Shown: positions 1-8,932 of the stretch, one piece after another
Layout: each line of letters opens with the position of its first letter
Position numbering within the stretch: position 1 is the stretch's first letter
Assembly (NCBI GenBank): GCA_903859205.1
Contig: CAIOLM010000018.1
Span: 10,895-74,894, forward strand
Reading direction: 5' to 3'
Length of the DNA: 64,000 nt
From: an uncultured Microbacteriaceae bacterium
GTDB lineage: Bacteria > Actinomycetota > Actinomycetes > Actinomycetales > Microbacteriaceae
Made by a program: the position numbers and the translations under genes
Notes under the pieces: generated by a model
Database searches by the model: none
Told to the model about the DNA's origin: nothing
The model's input: the letters and a program-made list of their open reading frames with translations, nothing else

Positions 1-1422
1 CGCAGCGTTGAGGGGGAAGGTGTCTTTGACCGGCTCTCCGCCGGCCACGATCTCGGCGATGAACTCTTCTTCGAGCTCTTGGGCAATCGCGTCGTTGACG
101 ACCTCTTCGACGAGCTTCGGTGGAATCACGATGAGGCCGTCGCGGTCGCCGACGATGACGTCACCGGGCTGCACGGCGCATCCGCCACAGGTCACGGTCA
201 GGTCTGCATCCCACGGAACGTGCAGGCGGCCAAGAACGGCAGGGTGTGCGCCGTTGTGGAAAGCGGGAACACCGATTTCGGTCACGGCAGCGAGGTCGCG
301 GATGCCACCATCGGTGACAAGGGCGGCTACGCCGAGGTGACGAGCGCGCAGCGCGAGTACGTCACCCAAGGTGCCCGAGCGGCCATCGCCACGAGCCTCA
401 ATCACAACAATGTCGTCAGTGTTGAGCGAATCGAAAAGTCGCTTCTGTGCGTTGTAGCCGCCACCGTGCGACTCAAACAGGTCTTCACGATTAGCGATGT
501 AGCGAAGGGTGCGTGCGCGACCGACAACCTTGGTGCCGGGGTGGGTTGCAGTAAGTCCGTCAATGCTGACGTTGTTGTAGCCGCGCTTGCGCAGCTGGAT
601 GCTCAGAGTCGCCGTTGCCACAGAAGCGAGCTTCGCCTTCAACTCGTCGGTGAGCTCGAACGCGGGCGGCAGACCCGCGGCCTCGCGCGATCCCCAGGCC
701 TCTTCGCGCTGTAGGTCGTCGACCTTGGGGCCGGCACTGAAGCTGGGCAGGGCAACGGTGCCTTCGGTTACGGTGGTGACGAGGCGGCCCGTGGTGGGCG
801 CTCCGGCGGCGGTGGGGGCATCGACTTCGACCTCGACAACGTCACCGGGCTTCACGACGGATGAACCCGCCGGCGTTCCGGTCAGAATGACGTCGCCCGG
901 CTCAAGAGTCATGAGCTGCGAAAGGTCAGAAACCAGCAGCCCAAACCAGAATGTGAGATCGGCGCTCGTGTCATCTTGGGCGAGCGTGCCATTGACCCAC
1001 GTGCGCACGCGAATGGCGCGCGGGTCGATGCTCGCTGTGTCGATCACGTTCGGGCCGAGCGGGGTGAATCCGTCGCCACACTTATTGCGCAGGTTAGATC
1101 CCTTATCTACGTATCGAAGGTCATAGACGCCGAAGTCGTTGGCCGCGGTGATGCCACTGACAGCAGCCCATCCGGTCTCCGGGTCGACGCGACGCACCTC
1201 GTGGCCAATGATGAGAGCGATTTCGCCCTCGAACGCAAGCAGTTCGGTGCCAGCGGGGCGCTCAATCGTTCCACCCGTGGTCGCCAGTGAGGTGCCGGGC
1301 TTCAGAAAGTAAGAGGGGTGCCCGGGGGTGCGTCCGCGCTGGGCAATGCGAGAGGGGTAGTTGAGGTGCAGGGCAATGATTTTGCCTGGAGCAAAGCCTG
1401 TCTCAAGTGGCTTGACGGTCAT
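1..1422 (-). CDS. Fusion protein: fumarylacetoacetate hydrolase (FAH) family domain + RraA-like / 4-hydroxy-4-methyl-2-oxoglutarate aldolase-like domain; C-terminus runs off the left edge
   Basis: Not in the ORF track (no stop inside the window). Hand translation of the minus strand from ATG 1422 gives MTVKPLETGFAPGKIIALHLNYPSRIAQRGRTPG...FEGEIALIIGHE...GDVILTGTPAGS (FAH-type). It continues in frame without a stop into ...ATATLSIQLRKRGY...GTLGDVLALRARHLGVAALVTDGGIRD...GDVIVGDRDGLIVIP (RraA/HMG-aldolase-type). The + strand ORFs listed in 8..1717 look like antisense artefacts. Confidence 0.75.
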   Translation of the reverse strand, partial: MTVKPLETGFAPGKIIALHLNYPSRIAQRGRTPGHPSYFLKPGTSLATTGGTIERPAGTELLAFEGEIALIIGHEVRRVDPETGWAAVSGITAANDFGVYDLRYVDKGSNLRNKCGDGFTPLGPNVIDTASIDPRAIRVRTWVNGTLAQDDTSADLTFWFGLLVSDLSQLMTLEPGDVILTGTPAGSSVVKPGDVVEVEVDAPTAAGAPTTGRLVTTVTEGTVALPSFSAGPKVDDLQREEAWGSREAAGLPPAFELTDELKAKLASVATATLSIQLRKRGYNNVSIDGLTATHPGTKVVGRARTLRYIANREDLFESHGGGYNAQKRLFDSLNTDDIVVIEARGDGRSGTLGDVLALRARHLGVAALVTDGGIRDLAAVTEIGVPAFHNGAHPAVLGRLHVPWDADLTVTCGGCAVQPGDVIVGDRDGLIVIPPKLVEEVVNDAIAQELEEEFIAEIVAGGEPVKDTFPLNAA

Positions 1423-1471
1423 GAACGGCCCCTTCGCGGTCGATATAAGAAATCATATACGATTGCTCGAC

Positions 1472-2827
1472 TCAGGCAAGAGCCGATTCGATGAGTGCGC
1501 TGACAGACAAAAGGCGGCGGTCGGAATTCACAGGGCCCTCGATCCCGAGGCCGACGGGCAGTGCGCCGGCGGGCACGGGAACCGGGATGCTGATGCCGGG
1601 CTGCCCCGCTGTGCTTCCCGGGTCAGTGTTGCGAATCGACGTCTGGAAGTGTGGCAGCTCTTCGCCGTCAACGTTCACCGTGCTACCGCCAATCACGGGA
1701 GCGACGAAACCGAGTAAGGGATAGACAAAAGCATCGAGGCTGTCTCTCGCGAACGCATCGGCATAAGTCTCGAGAATCAGATCGCGCGCGGCGAGGGTCT
1801 GCGAATAAAGTTCGTCGCTGATTGGTTCAGCAATCATGTGCTCGAGCACAGCCTTGACATCGGGCGACGCAACCTGGGCGGCAATGTCGGAGATGGACAG
1901 AGCGTTGAAGGGAGCATCAAGCTCTTTGAGATTTTTCTCAAAGTTGTGAATCGTTTCGTATGCCACCAGCGGAAACGCGGCGAACTCGGCCAGCTCGTGA
2001 ACGCTTCGTCCGTCGGATGCGACGAGCTCAGTCTCAACGAGCGTCGCCCCCTGAGCCCGCAGTTGCGTTAGCGCGCTCTCGATGGCGCTACGCACCTCGG
2101 GTTGAAGCTTGTCGAAGAAGTCGCGACGTGGAACACCCAGGCGCAGGTCGGTCAGCGACAGCACCGGCAGTTCTGTCTCACCGGTAATTACGCCATCAAC
2201 CAGAGCCACATCGGCCACGGTGTGAGCGAAAACACCGCAGGTGTCACGCGAGGGAGAGATCACATTCGCGCCAGCGCCAGGGTATCGATGAGTCGTGGGT
2301 CGCATTCCGACAACGCCGCAGAACGCGGCGGGGATGCGCATCGAACCGCCAGTGTCATTGCCGATGGAGAAAGGAACGAGGCCGGCTGCCACCGCCGCTG
2401 CCGAGCCACCACTTGAGCCGCCAGGAACGCGGGAGGGATCGCGCGGATTGCGAACCGGTCCGAACATTCCGTTGTTGCTCGTCGTTCCGAATCCGAGTTC
2501 GTGCAGGCCGACCTTGCCGACGAAGTCGGCTCCGGCGGTGCGCAGACGGGCCACGAGCTCAGCGTCATGTGGGGGAATGGCACCGCGCAGGGCAGGCGTG
2601 CCCGAGGTGGTCGGAAGGCCGGCGACTTTGACGTTGTCTTTGACGCAGAAGGGCAGGCCTGCGAGAGGGCCGGTCGGGGCATCCGGCAGCGTCTCGTTTA
2701 TTGCCCAGTAGATGCCCAGCTCAGTGCCGAGGCCGTGTGCAGCGTGGCGGGCCTCTTGCGCCGTGCCCCTCGGGTCGGTCGAAAGTCGAGCGCGAAAGTC
2801 GTCAATAGAACCGGGAATCACAGACAT
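1472..2827 (-). CDS. Amidase (amidase-signature family)
   Basis: 451-aa ORF with the AS motif GGSSGGSAAAVAAG and CVKDNVKVAGLPTTSGT. GGAG lies just upstream of ATG 2827. Confidence 0.9.
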   Translation of the reverse strand: MSVIPGSIDDFRARLSTDPRGTAQEARHAAHGLGTELGIYWAINETLPDAPTGPLAGLPFCVKDNVKVAGLPTTSGTPALRGAIPPHDAELVARLRTAGADFVGKVGLHELGFGTTSNNGMFGPVRNPRDPSRVPGGSSGGSAAAVAAGLVPFSIGNDTGGSMRIPAAFCGVVGMRPTTHRYPGAGANVISPSRDTCGVFAHTVADVALVDGVITGETELPVLSLTDLRLGVPRRDFFDKLQPEVRSAIESALTQLRAQGATLVETELVASDGRSVHELAEFAAFPLVAYETIHNFEKNLKELDAPFNALSISDIAAQVASPDVKAVLEHMIAEPISDELYSQTLAARDLILETYADAFARDSLDAFVYPLLGFVAPVIGGSTVNVDGEELPHFQTSIRNTDPGSTAGQPGISIPVPVPAGALPVGLGIEGPVNSDRRLLSVSALIESALA

Positions 2828-3052
2828 GTTGTCTCCAGAAGAGCGAGCTTCCGCCGTTGGATGCTCGTGCCTGACCAGTCAACTCGCCGAGCGTCAGATT
2901 ACCGTTGCCCGGGGGTGTAGCCGGTTTGTCGCTAAGTGAACAGAAACCCGAAGAATGAGAACGGGGGCTACCGTGCAGGGCCCGGGTCGCGACACAATCT
3001 GAGTACACCTTCTTTTCTGTTCGAGGGTGTGCTCAATGGAGAGGACACACGC

Positions 3053-4588
3053 ATGAGCGCACAGCCCGATGTCATCATCGTCGGAGGCGGAACCGCCGGG
3101 TCGATTATTGCTCGTCGTCTGCTCGACGCAGGCAAGACCGTTCACCTTCTTGAGGCCGGTCGTCCCGACGAAAACCCGGCCATTCATGACATGTCGCGTT
3201 TGGGTGAACTCTGGTTCAGCCCCGACGACTGGGGCTACCACACGACTCCTCAGGCCGGCGCAAACGGTCGAAAGTTGCACTGGCCGCGTGGTCGAGTGCT
3301 GGGTGGCTCACACTCTCTGAACGCCTCCATTTACGTGCGCGGTAACCGCAAGGACTACGACGACTGGGAGGCAGCTGGCTGCACCGGTTGGGGCTGGAAG
3401 ACTGTCGAGAAGATCTTCACCGACAAGATCGAGAACTGGCAGGGGGAGCCTGACGAGCACGGCACCAAGGGCCTTCTCGACGTGACCACCGATTACCCCA
3501 AGCACCCCGTGCAGAACTCCATTCTCGAGGCCGGCCAGCAGCAAGGTCTCAAGCTGAACCCGAACTACAACGGAGTTGAGATCGAGGGCATCGGCCAGGA
3601 GCAGCTGAACTTCCGCAACGGCGAGCGCCTGTCGACCTATCGCGCCTACCTGCACCCGGTTCGTGACAACGCCAACCTCACCATCACCACGGGCGCCTGG
3701 GTTCACCGTCTCATCATCGAGGGCAAGACCGTTGTCGGCGTTGTCTATGAGAAGGATGGCCAGACTCATGAGCTCCGCGGCGGCGAGGTTGCCCTGGCCG
3801 GTGGCGCACTCGACAGTCCTCGCGTTCTCCTGCTCTCGGGCATTGGCCCCAAGGCTGACCTCGAGGCGCTCGGCATCGATGTCGTCGCTGACATCCCCGG
3901 AGTCGGAGCAAACCTGCACGACCACCTCCTCGTGCCCATGGTGTACACGACGTCGAAGAAGCCGGTTGGTGCTCCGCCCAAGGGCGTTCCGATCAGCCAG
4001 GTGCACTGGTTCTGGAAGTCGCGCCCCGAGCTCGACCGCCCGGACACGCAGCCCCTGTGCTTCACGGTTCCGATGGTGACTGACACCATGAAGCCAGAAG
4101 ACATCCCCGCTGACGGCTTCACGATGTTCGCTGCTTTGGTTACCCCCAAGAGTCGCGGCACGTTCAAGCTTTCGAGTGCTGACCCGCACGCGGCAACCCT
4201 CCAGGACCCGCAGATTCTGACGCACCCCGACGACATCGCAACGCTGATCGCTTCGGTGAAGCAGGTGCGCGAGGTTGGCAAGCAGGCCGCCCTGGCCGAC
4301 GAGTGGGGCGCCGTCGAGGCTCCCATGAGCGCAGACCTCCAGTCGGACGAGCAGATTGAATTCTGGTGCCGCAACAACGCCATCACGTACCACCACCAAG
4401 TGGGCACAGCCAAGATGGGCACCGACCCGATGTCTGTGGTCAGCCCGACTTCACTCAAGGTGCACGGCCTCGAGGGTGTTCGTGTGGTTGATGCATCGGT
4501 TATGCCGACCGTCACCAACGGAAACACCAATGCCCCCTCGATGATCATCGGCGAAAAAGCCGCTGAGTTCATCATCTCGGGAGCTTAA
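3053..4588 (+). CDS. GMC-family FAD oxidoreductase (choline/alcohol dehydrogenase-like)
   Basis: Track ORF 2936..4588 trimmed to ATG 3053, which is preceded by GGAGAGGA. FAD fold DVIIVGGGTAGSIIARRL; C-terminal GMC signature HQVGTAKMG...VVDASVMP. Confidence 0.9.
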   Translation: MSAQPDVIIVGGGTAGSIIARRLLDAGKTVHLLEAGRPDENPAIHDMSRLGELWFSPDDWGYHTTPQAGANGRKLHWPRGRVLGGSHSLNASIYVRGNRKDYDDWEAAGCTGWGWKTVEKIFTDKIENWQGEPDEHGTKGLLDVTTDYPKHPVQNSILEAGQQQGLKLNPNYNGVEIEGIGQEQLNFRNGERLSTYRAYLHPVRDNANLTITTGAWVHRLIIEGKTVVGVVYEKDGQTHELRGGEVALAGGALDSPRVLLLSGIGPKADLEALGIDVVADIPGVGANLHDHLLVPMVYTTSKKPVGAPPKGVPISQVHWFWKSRPELDRPDTQPLCFTVPMVTDTMKPEDIPADGFTMFAALVTPKSRGTFKLSSADPHAATLQDPQILTHPDDIATLIASVKQVREVGKQAALADEWGAVEAPMSADLQSDEQIEFWCRNNAITYHHQVGTAKMGTDPMSVVSPTSLKVHGLEGVRVVDASVMPTVTNGNTNAPSMIIGEKAAEFIISGA

Positions 4589-4593
4589 ATCTC

Positions 4594-5502
4594 ATGAAGG
4601 TCGCCATCATTGGCGGCGCCGGTGGTATCGGTTCGTCGGTGGCATTCAGCCTGCTGCGAACCGATACCCTGTACGAGATTGTCATCATCGACAATCGACC
4701 CAACATGATCGTTAGTCACGTGATGGATCTGCAGGATGCGCTGTCCCTGGGTGGCGCGCGCTCGGTGGTCGGCGGCGAAATGTCCGACGCCATGGATGCC
4801 GACATCGTCGTTTTGAGTGCGGCCGTTCCGCTCACGCTCAACACGAGTCGCGATGTTTACCTCCAAGCCAATGCCGACATCACTGGAGGCATCGTTGACG
4901 AGCTGGTCGAGGGAGGTTTTGCGGGCATCCTTATTCTGATGACCAATCCGGTCGACCCGCTGTTGACCTGGGTGGTCAAGCGCACGGGTTGGGCGCGCGA
5001 GCGAGTGCTCGGGTACACGCTCAACGACACTCAGCGCTTCCGAACGGGTATCTCGCAGGTGCTTGGGGTGGCTCCTCAGCGGGTGAGCTGCTGGGTCGTC
5101 GGCGAGCATGGCGCCGGCCAGGTGCCGGTCTTTTCGACGGTGACCCTTGATGGCGCACACATAGAGCTCACCGCCGAGCAGCGTGCGACAGCTCTTGACT
5201 ATGCCGAGAACTGGTACGTGCGCCACGTAGCACTTGACTCTGGTCGAACCTCGACCTGGAGCTCGGGCATCGGCGGCGCATTGATGGTTGAGGCCATTGC
5301 GCACCCTGGCGACAAACCCTTCCCGGTCTCGGTCGTCTTGGCTGGTGAATACGGACTGCACGGGGTAAGTGCGTCTACGCCTTCAATTTTGGGCGCTACA
5401 GGACTAGTAAAGGTCGTCGAGATTCCCTTAGATAGTCAGGAGACAAAGCGGTTGCACGACACCGCTTCGAAGATTTCCGAGCTCGCTGCCGCTTTGGCCT
5501 AG
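4594..5502 (+). CDS. LDH/MDH-superfamily NAD-dependent 2-hydroxyacid dehydrogenase (atypical substrate loop)
   Basis: MKVAIIGGAGGIGSS Rossmann start, MTNPVD and VGEHG motifs. The usual R-x-PGM-x-R loop is replaced by PLTLNTSRDV. Starts 6 nt after the GMC gene. Confidence 0.75.
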   Translation: MKVAIIGGAGGIGSSVAFSLLRTDTLYEIVIIDNRPNMIVSHVMDLQDALSLGGARSVVGGEMSDAMDADIVVLSAAVPLTLNTSRDVYLQANADITGGIVDELVEGGFAGILILMTNPVDPLLTWVVKRTGWARERVLGYTLNDTQRFRTGISQVLGVAPQRVSCWVVGEHGAGQVPVFSTVTLDGAHIELTAEQRATALDYAENWYVRHVALDSGRTSTWSSGIGGALMVEAIAHPGDKPFPVSVVLAGEYGLHGVSASTPSILGATGLVKVVEIPLDSQETKRLHDTASKISELAAALA

Positions 5503-5530
5503 AGCAATCCAAACTCAACGAGGAGTTCTC

Positions 5531-6325
5531 ATGGCCGATGCTGCCAACGAGGAGTGGAAGACATACGACGATTTCGCGCTGGGTATCGATACCTATCGCA
5601 AGCCCAACGTCTCTTTAGCCGGCACCTTCCTGAGCATCACGTTTGGTGGCAGTTCAGCGATTGATATGCACTTCTTGGATGACGCGCAGGTCGAGTGGAG
5701 CGCATCCGGACCCATCGTGGCCGCCGCCGGAACCACCGATCCGTACGATGCCGTTGAGGTGCGCGACGGGGTCTTCTTCGTCAACCTCCCCTTGACCAGC
5801 CGTGACCGCGAGTCGATTACGATCGCCGTTTCGCGTGCGACCAACCGCGCGATCATCGCCTACTCGGTCATCGCGCCCGAGAAAATCGAGGGCACCCCGC
5901 AGGTCACTCAGCAGTTCTGGGCCGGAACAACGAACGAGGGAACCGCCTCGGGCGAAATTCCGCACGAGAGCCGTGACCTCATCGGCATGCGCAACGTCTA
6001 CCGCTACAGCCCCAACCACCTCTACGAGCACGTGTACATCTCGTCGCAGCGATACGCCTGGCAGTGCTTGCAGGGCGCGCAGTTCGGTCACGGCGACATG
6101 GACCTCAGCACGGTCTGGAAGCTCGACCACGGCCTTTACCTGTTCTGTTTCCGCGAGTTCCGCATCTCGGTAGCCAGCGTGTGGCTGCACGACCTGGGCT
6201 ACGGACTCAACACGACCGGAATCTTCCTCGGCATCTCTGCCGAGGGTGAGTCAATGCACTCACGCGCTGGCGGATACATCTATCCGCTCGGCACAGTTCG
6301 CTACCCCGACGCACAACCCATCTAG
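5531..6325 (+). CDS. MoaF-like protein (MoaF N- and C-terminal domain pattern), function unknown
   Basis: 264 aa. The length and the pattern LAGTFLSITFGG..IDMHFLDDAQVEW plus a second beta-rich half (YRYSPNHLYEHVYIS..WQCLQG...LYLFCFRE) resemble MoaF-family proteins as I remember them. SD GAGGAG lies upstream. Confidence 0.45.
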   Translation: MADAANEEWKTYDDFALGIDTYRKPNVSLAGTFLSITFGGSSAIDMHFLDDAQVEWSASGPIVAAAGTTDPYDAVEVRDGVFFVNLPLTSRDRESITIAVSRATNRAIIAYSVIAPEKIEGTPQVTQQFWAGTTNEGTASGEIPHESRDLIGMRNVYRYSPNHLYEHVYISSQRYAWQCLQGAQFGHGDMDLSTVWKLDHGLYLFCFREFRISVASVWLHDLGYGLNTTGIFLGISAEGESMHSRAGGYIYPLGTVRYPDAQPI

Positions 6326-6333
6326 GAGAAACC

Positions 6334-6729
6334 ATGACCAACGCACACGACACCATTGCCGCCCACTACGCAGCTGGCGCTGCCGGTGACGTCCCTTCGA
6401 TCTTCAAGGACTTCTCTGACGACATCGTCTGGAAGGAATCAGACGGCGGTTCCTACGCGGGCACCTATCGCGGAATGGCCGAGGTCGTTCCGAACATCTT
6501 CGAACGCATCAACTCCGAGTGGGAGGGCTTCGGCGCAGTTCCCGAGTACATCATCGCTGACGAAGCCACCGGCAAGGTTGCCGCGGTGTGCACCTACGTC
6601 GGTACCTTCCGCGCCACCGGCAAGCCACAGAACGTTCGCGTGGTTCACCTGTGGACCGTGCGCGACGGCAAGGTCGTGGCCTTCGAGCAGGTTGTCGACA
6701 GTGCTGAGCAAAACAAGTCGATGAGCTAG
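6334..6729 (+). CDS. SnoaL-like / NTF2-fold protein (ketosteroid-isomerase-like)
   Basis: 131 aa. Typical pattern: ...DIVWKESDGGSYAGTYRGMAEV...VVHLWTVRDGKVVAFEQVVD. Confidence 0.7.
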   Translation: MTNAHDTIAAHYAAGAAGDVPSIFKDFSDDIVWKESDGGSYAGTYRGMAEVVPNIFERINSEWEGFGAVPEYIIADEATGKVAAVCTYVGTFRATGKPQNVRVVHLWTVRDGKVVAFEQVVDSAEQNKSMS

Positions 6730-6983
6730 CTTTCGAGCAAAGCTCGAGGTACCAGGGCAACGACCTTCTTTCTGATCTTCATCGCGTGGATGACGAGCTC
6801 TTCTCCGCTGTCGAAAACCAGGACGACCGACTCAAGGAGCCTCCCCTGGGTGTCGAAGCCAATGCGCAACTGGCGCGCCGGGCTCTCCTCATCGAGATAG
6901 TCAACCCACAAGGGGACTGACGAAGCTTGGATGGCATCCTCCCGTGCGATCCCGTGTTTGAGTGCGGAATCGTGAACGTTCAT
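6726..6983 (-). CDS. Small putative toxin, BrnT-like
   Basis: 85 aa. ALKHGIAREDAIQA ... GRLLESVVLVF..GEELVIHAMKIRKK parallels the BrnT pattern KHGVSFEEA ... GRLLVVV...IRIISARKA. The start overlaps the stop of the upstream RHH gene (TGATG). Confidence 0.45.
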   Translation of the reverse strand: MNVHDSALKHGIAREDAIQASSVPLWVDYLDEESPARQLRIGFDTQGRLLESVVLVFDSGEELVIHAMKIRKKVVALVPRALLES

Positions 6984-7243
6984 CAGGAGGAGGACATCAC
7001 CGCCGCGCGAATGAGTTCAGTGCGGGTCACATTCTCGCGCCGCGCGCGAGCATCGATGACGGTGAGCTCGGCATCGGTGAACCTCAACGAGATGACCTGG
7101 GATGCGCTGGCCGCGCGACCCGGACGCCCGCGTCCGCGTTTTTTCAGTGCCGGGATGTCGAACCCACGCTCGGCCTCGGCGGCCCACGCCTCAATCTGCG
7201 CCTCGCTGACAGAGCGGCCCCCGATGGTGCGCTTCGCGTTCAT
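6983..7243 (-). CDS. Ribbon-helix-helix (CopG-type) antitoxin
   Basis: 86 aa. IEAWAAEAERGFD...RGRGRPGR...ISLRFTDAELTVIDARARRENVTRTELIRAAV is a typical C-terminal RHH. An AT-rich promoter has TACAAT 6 nt upstream of the ATG. Confidence 0.65.
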   Translation of the reverse strand: MNAKRTIGGRSVSEAQIEAWAAEAERGFDIPALKKRGRGRPGRAASASQVISLRFTDAELTVIDARARRENVTRTELIRAAVMSSS

Positions 7244-7332
7244 GCGTTTATTGTAATACGAAAATAATCCACGTCACCAGTTTGCCAAGACACATCTCGT
7301 CTCGTCGACTTAGCGGCAGGGTTGTGGATGAA

Positions 7333-8742
7333 TTAGCTCACCGGGGGGCGAATGTCCCTCGGTAGTTTCTGCACGGTTGAGAATGCCTCGAGCGCGCGGT
7401 CACGCGTTTCTTTGAGGTCGACAATCGGTTCGGGATATCCGGCAAGCTCGCCGAGCTCGTAGTCACCCAGGTACTTGTGCAGGTAGTGACCCTGTCCGTC
7501 GAACTTCTCGGCCTGAAGCACGGGGTTGAAGACGCGAAAGTAGGGCGCTGCATCCGCGCCGCTACCGGCGACCCATTGCCAGCTCGCTGCGTTGCTCGCT
7601 GCGTCTGCATCGACCAGCGTGTCCCAGAACCAGGCCTCGCCAACGCGCCAGTCGATGAGCAGGTTCTTGATCAAGAAACTCGCGGCCACCATGCGCACAC
7701 GGTTGTGCATGTAGCCGGTCTGCCACAGCTCGCGCATGCCAGCATCCACCAGCGGGATGCCCGTCTCACCCTGTTGCCACGCACGCAGCACCTCGGGCTC
7801 GGGTGCCGCCCACGGAAAAGCGTTGAACCGTGCGTCAAAGTTGACCGTGGCCAAGTCAGGCCAATGGAACAGCAGGTGGTAGCTGAACTCGCGCCAACCG
7901 ACCTCGGCCAAGAACTTCGCGCTGTTCTTGAGCAGCTCGGCGTTGGCATCCTGCTTGACCTGCTCGATGCGCTCCCAAATCTGGAACGGGCTGATCTCGC
8001 CAAAGCGTAGGTGCGGCGACAGCTCGCTCGTCGTGTACTTGGCCGGCTCGTCTCGACCGACGGCGTAGTCGCTCAGGCGCTCTGACACGAAACGCTCGAG
8101 TGCGGCGTGCGCACCCTGCTCGCCGACGGTCCATCGGTAGCCGAACCCCATGGCCCAGTTCGGGCTAGTGGGGCGAAGCTCCCAGGAACCTAGGTCATCC
8201 GAGTCAATCTCACCAGCGAAGGCGGTCATTGCTGTCGGCGCGGGCAACGGAGCGCGCGGGGGAGTGAGTTGGTTGAGGCACGACTTCCAGAACGGCGTGA
8301 AGACCGTGTACGGGGTTCCCCCGCCCGTTCGAATCGTCCACGGCTCGTGCAGCAGGTTCGCCGCAAAACTCTTGGCCTCAAGGCCGGAAGCGCGCGCGTA
8401 CTCTTTGATGCTGGCGTCGTGGTTGCGCTCGGCCAGCCCGTATCGGCGGTTCCAGAAGATGCTCGTCGCTTGGCTGTCACGAATCACATCACGCAGGATG
8501 TCGTGTGCCTTTCCGCGACGAAGAATCAGGCGACCGCCGAGTCGCTCGATGCGGTACGCCAGCGACTCGAGGCTTGCGTGCAGCCACCACTTGGTAGCGC
8601 TGCCGAGTGGCCGGATGCCTTCGCTGACCTCATCAAGAATGTAAATCGCGAGCACCGGATTGCCCGTCTCGATGGCGGCACTCATCGCGGGGTTGTCGGC
8701 GACCCGCAGGTCGTCGCGCAGCCAGACAATGCTCGTGTTCAC
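7333..8742 (-). CDS. phr: Deoxyribodipyrimidine photolyase (cryptochrome/photolyase family)
   Basis: 469 aa. WREFSYHLLFHWP, TGIPLVDAGMRELWQTGYMHNRVRM, SWQWVAGSGADAAPYFRVFNP. GTG start with TAGTCT 7 nt upstream. Confidence 0.95.
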   Translation of the reverse strand: MNTSIVWLRDDLRVADNPAMSAAIETGNPVLAIYILDEVSEGIRPLGSATKWWLHASLESLAYRIERLGGRLILRRGKAHDILRDVIRDSQATSIFWNRRYGLAERNHDASIKEYARASGLEAKSFAANLLHEPWTIRTGGGTPYTVFTPFWKSCLNQLTPPRAPLPAPTAMTAFAGEIDSDDLGSWELRPTSPNWAMGFGYRWTVGEQGAHAALERFVSERLSDYAVGRDEPAKYTTSELSPHLRFGEISPFQIWERIEQVKQDANAELLKNSAKFLAEVGWREFSYHLLFHWPDLATVNFDARFNAFPWAAPEPEVLRAWQQGETGIPLVDAGMRELWQTGYMHNRVRMVAASFLIKNLLIDWRVGEAWFWDTLVDADAASNAASWQWVAGSGADAAPYFRVFNPVLQAEKFDGQGHYLHKYLGDYELGELAGYPEPIVDLKETRDRALEAFSTVQKLPRDIRPPVS

Positions 8743-8767
8743 GTTCGCGAGACTACCGCTTAACGAC

Positions 8768-8801
8768 TTTGGTCGGCCGATGAGGCAACCGGCCGACCAA
8801 A
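8768..8801 (-). terminator. 12-bp perfect stem-loop between the wHTH regulator gene and phr (no clear U-tract)
   Basis: tttggtcggccg / cggccgaccaaa arms around a 10-nt loop, downstream of the 8933..9547 gene on the minus strand. Confidence 0.4.
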
Positions 8802-8932
8802 ATCATTCACCAAGAGAAAAGCAATAACAGTGCGAAAACCTTGAAGCAATTTCCACGTTGATTCAATGTATAACGAATTGGTAACGGAAGGCTAGACCCG
8901 AAACGCATTTCTCAGAAAGTTCTTAGGAACCA

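Noticed and set aside
8-1717. Five + strand ORFs at the left edge (8-340, 79-714, 587-1126, 976-1290, 1361-1717)
   Set aside because: All are low-complexity. The minus strand carries one continuous FAH-RraA frame (1-1422) and the 3' end of the amidase gene.
3308-4575. 363-aa and 269-aa - strand ORFs
   Set aside because: They are antisense to the GMC oxidoreductase and have no motifs.
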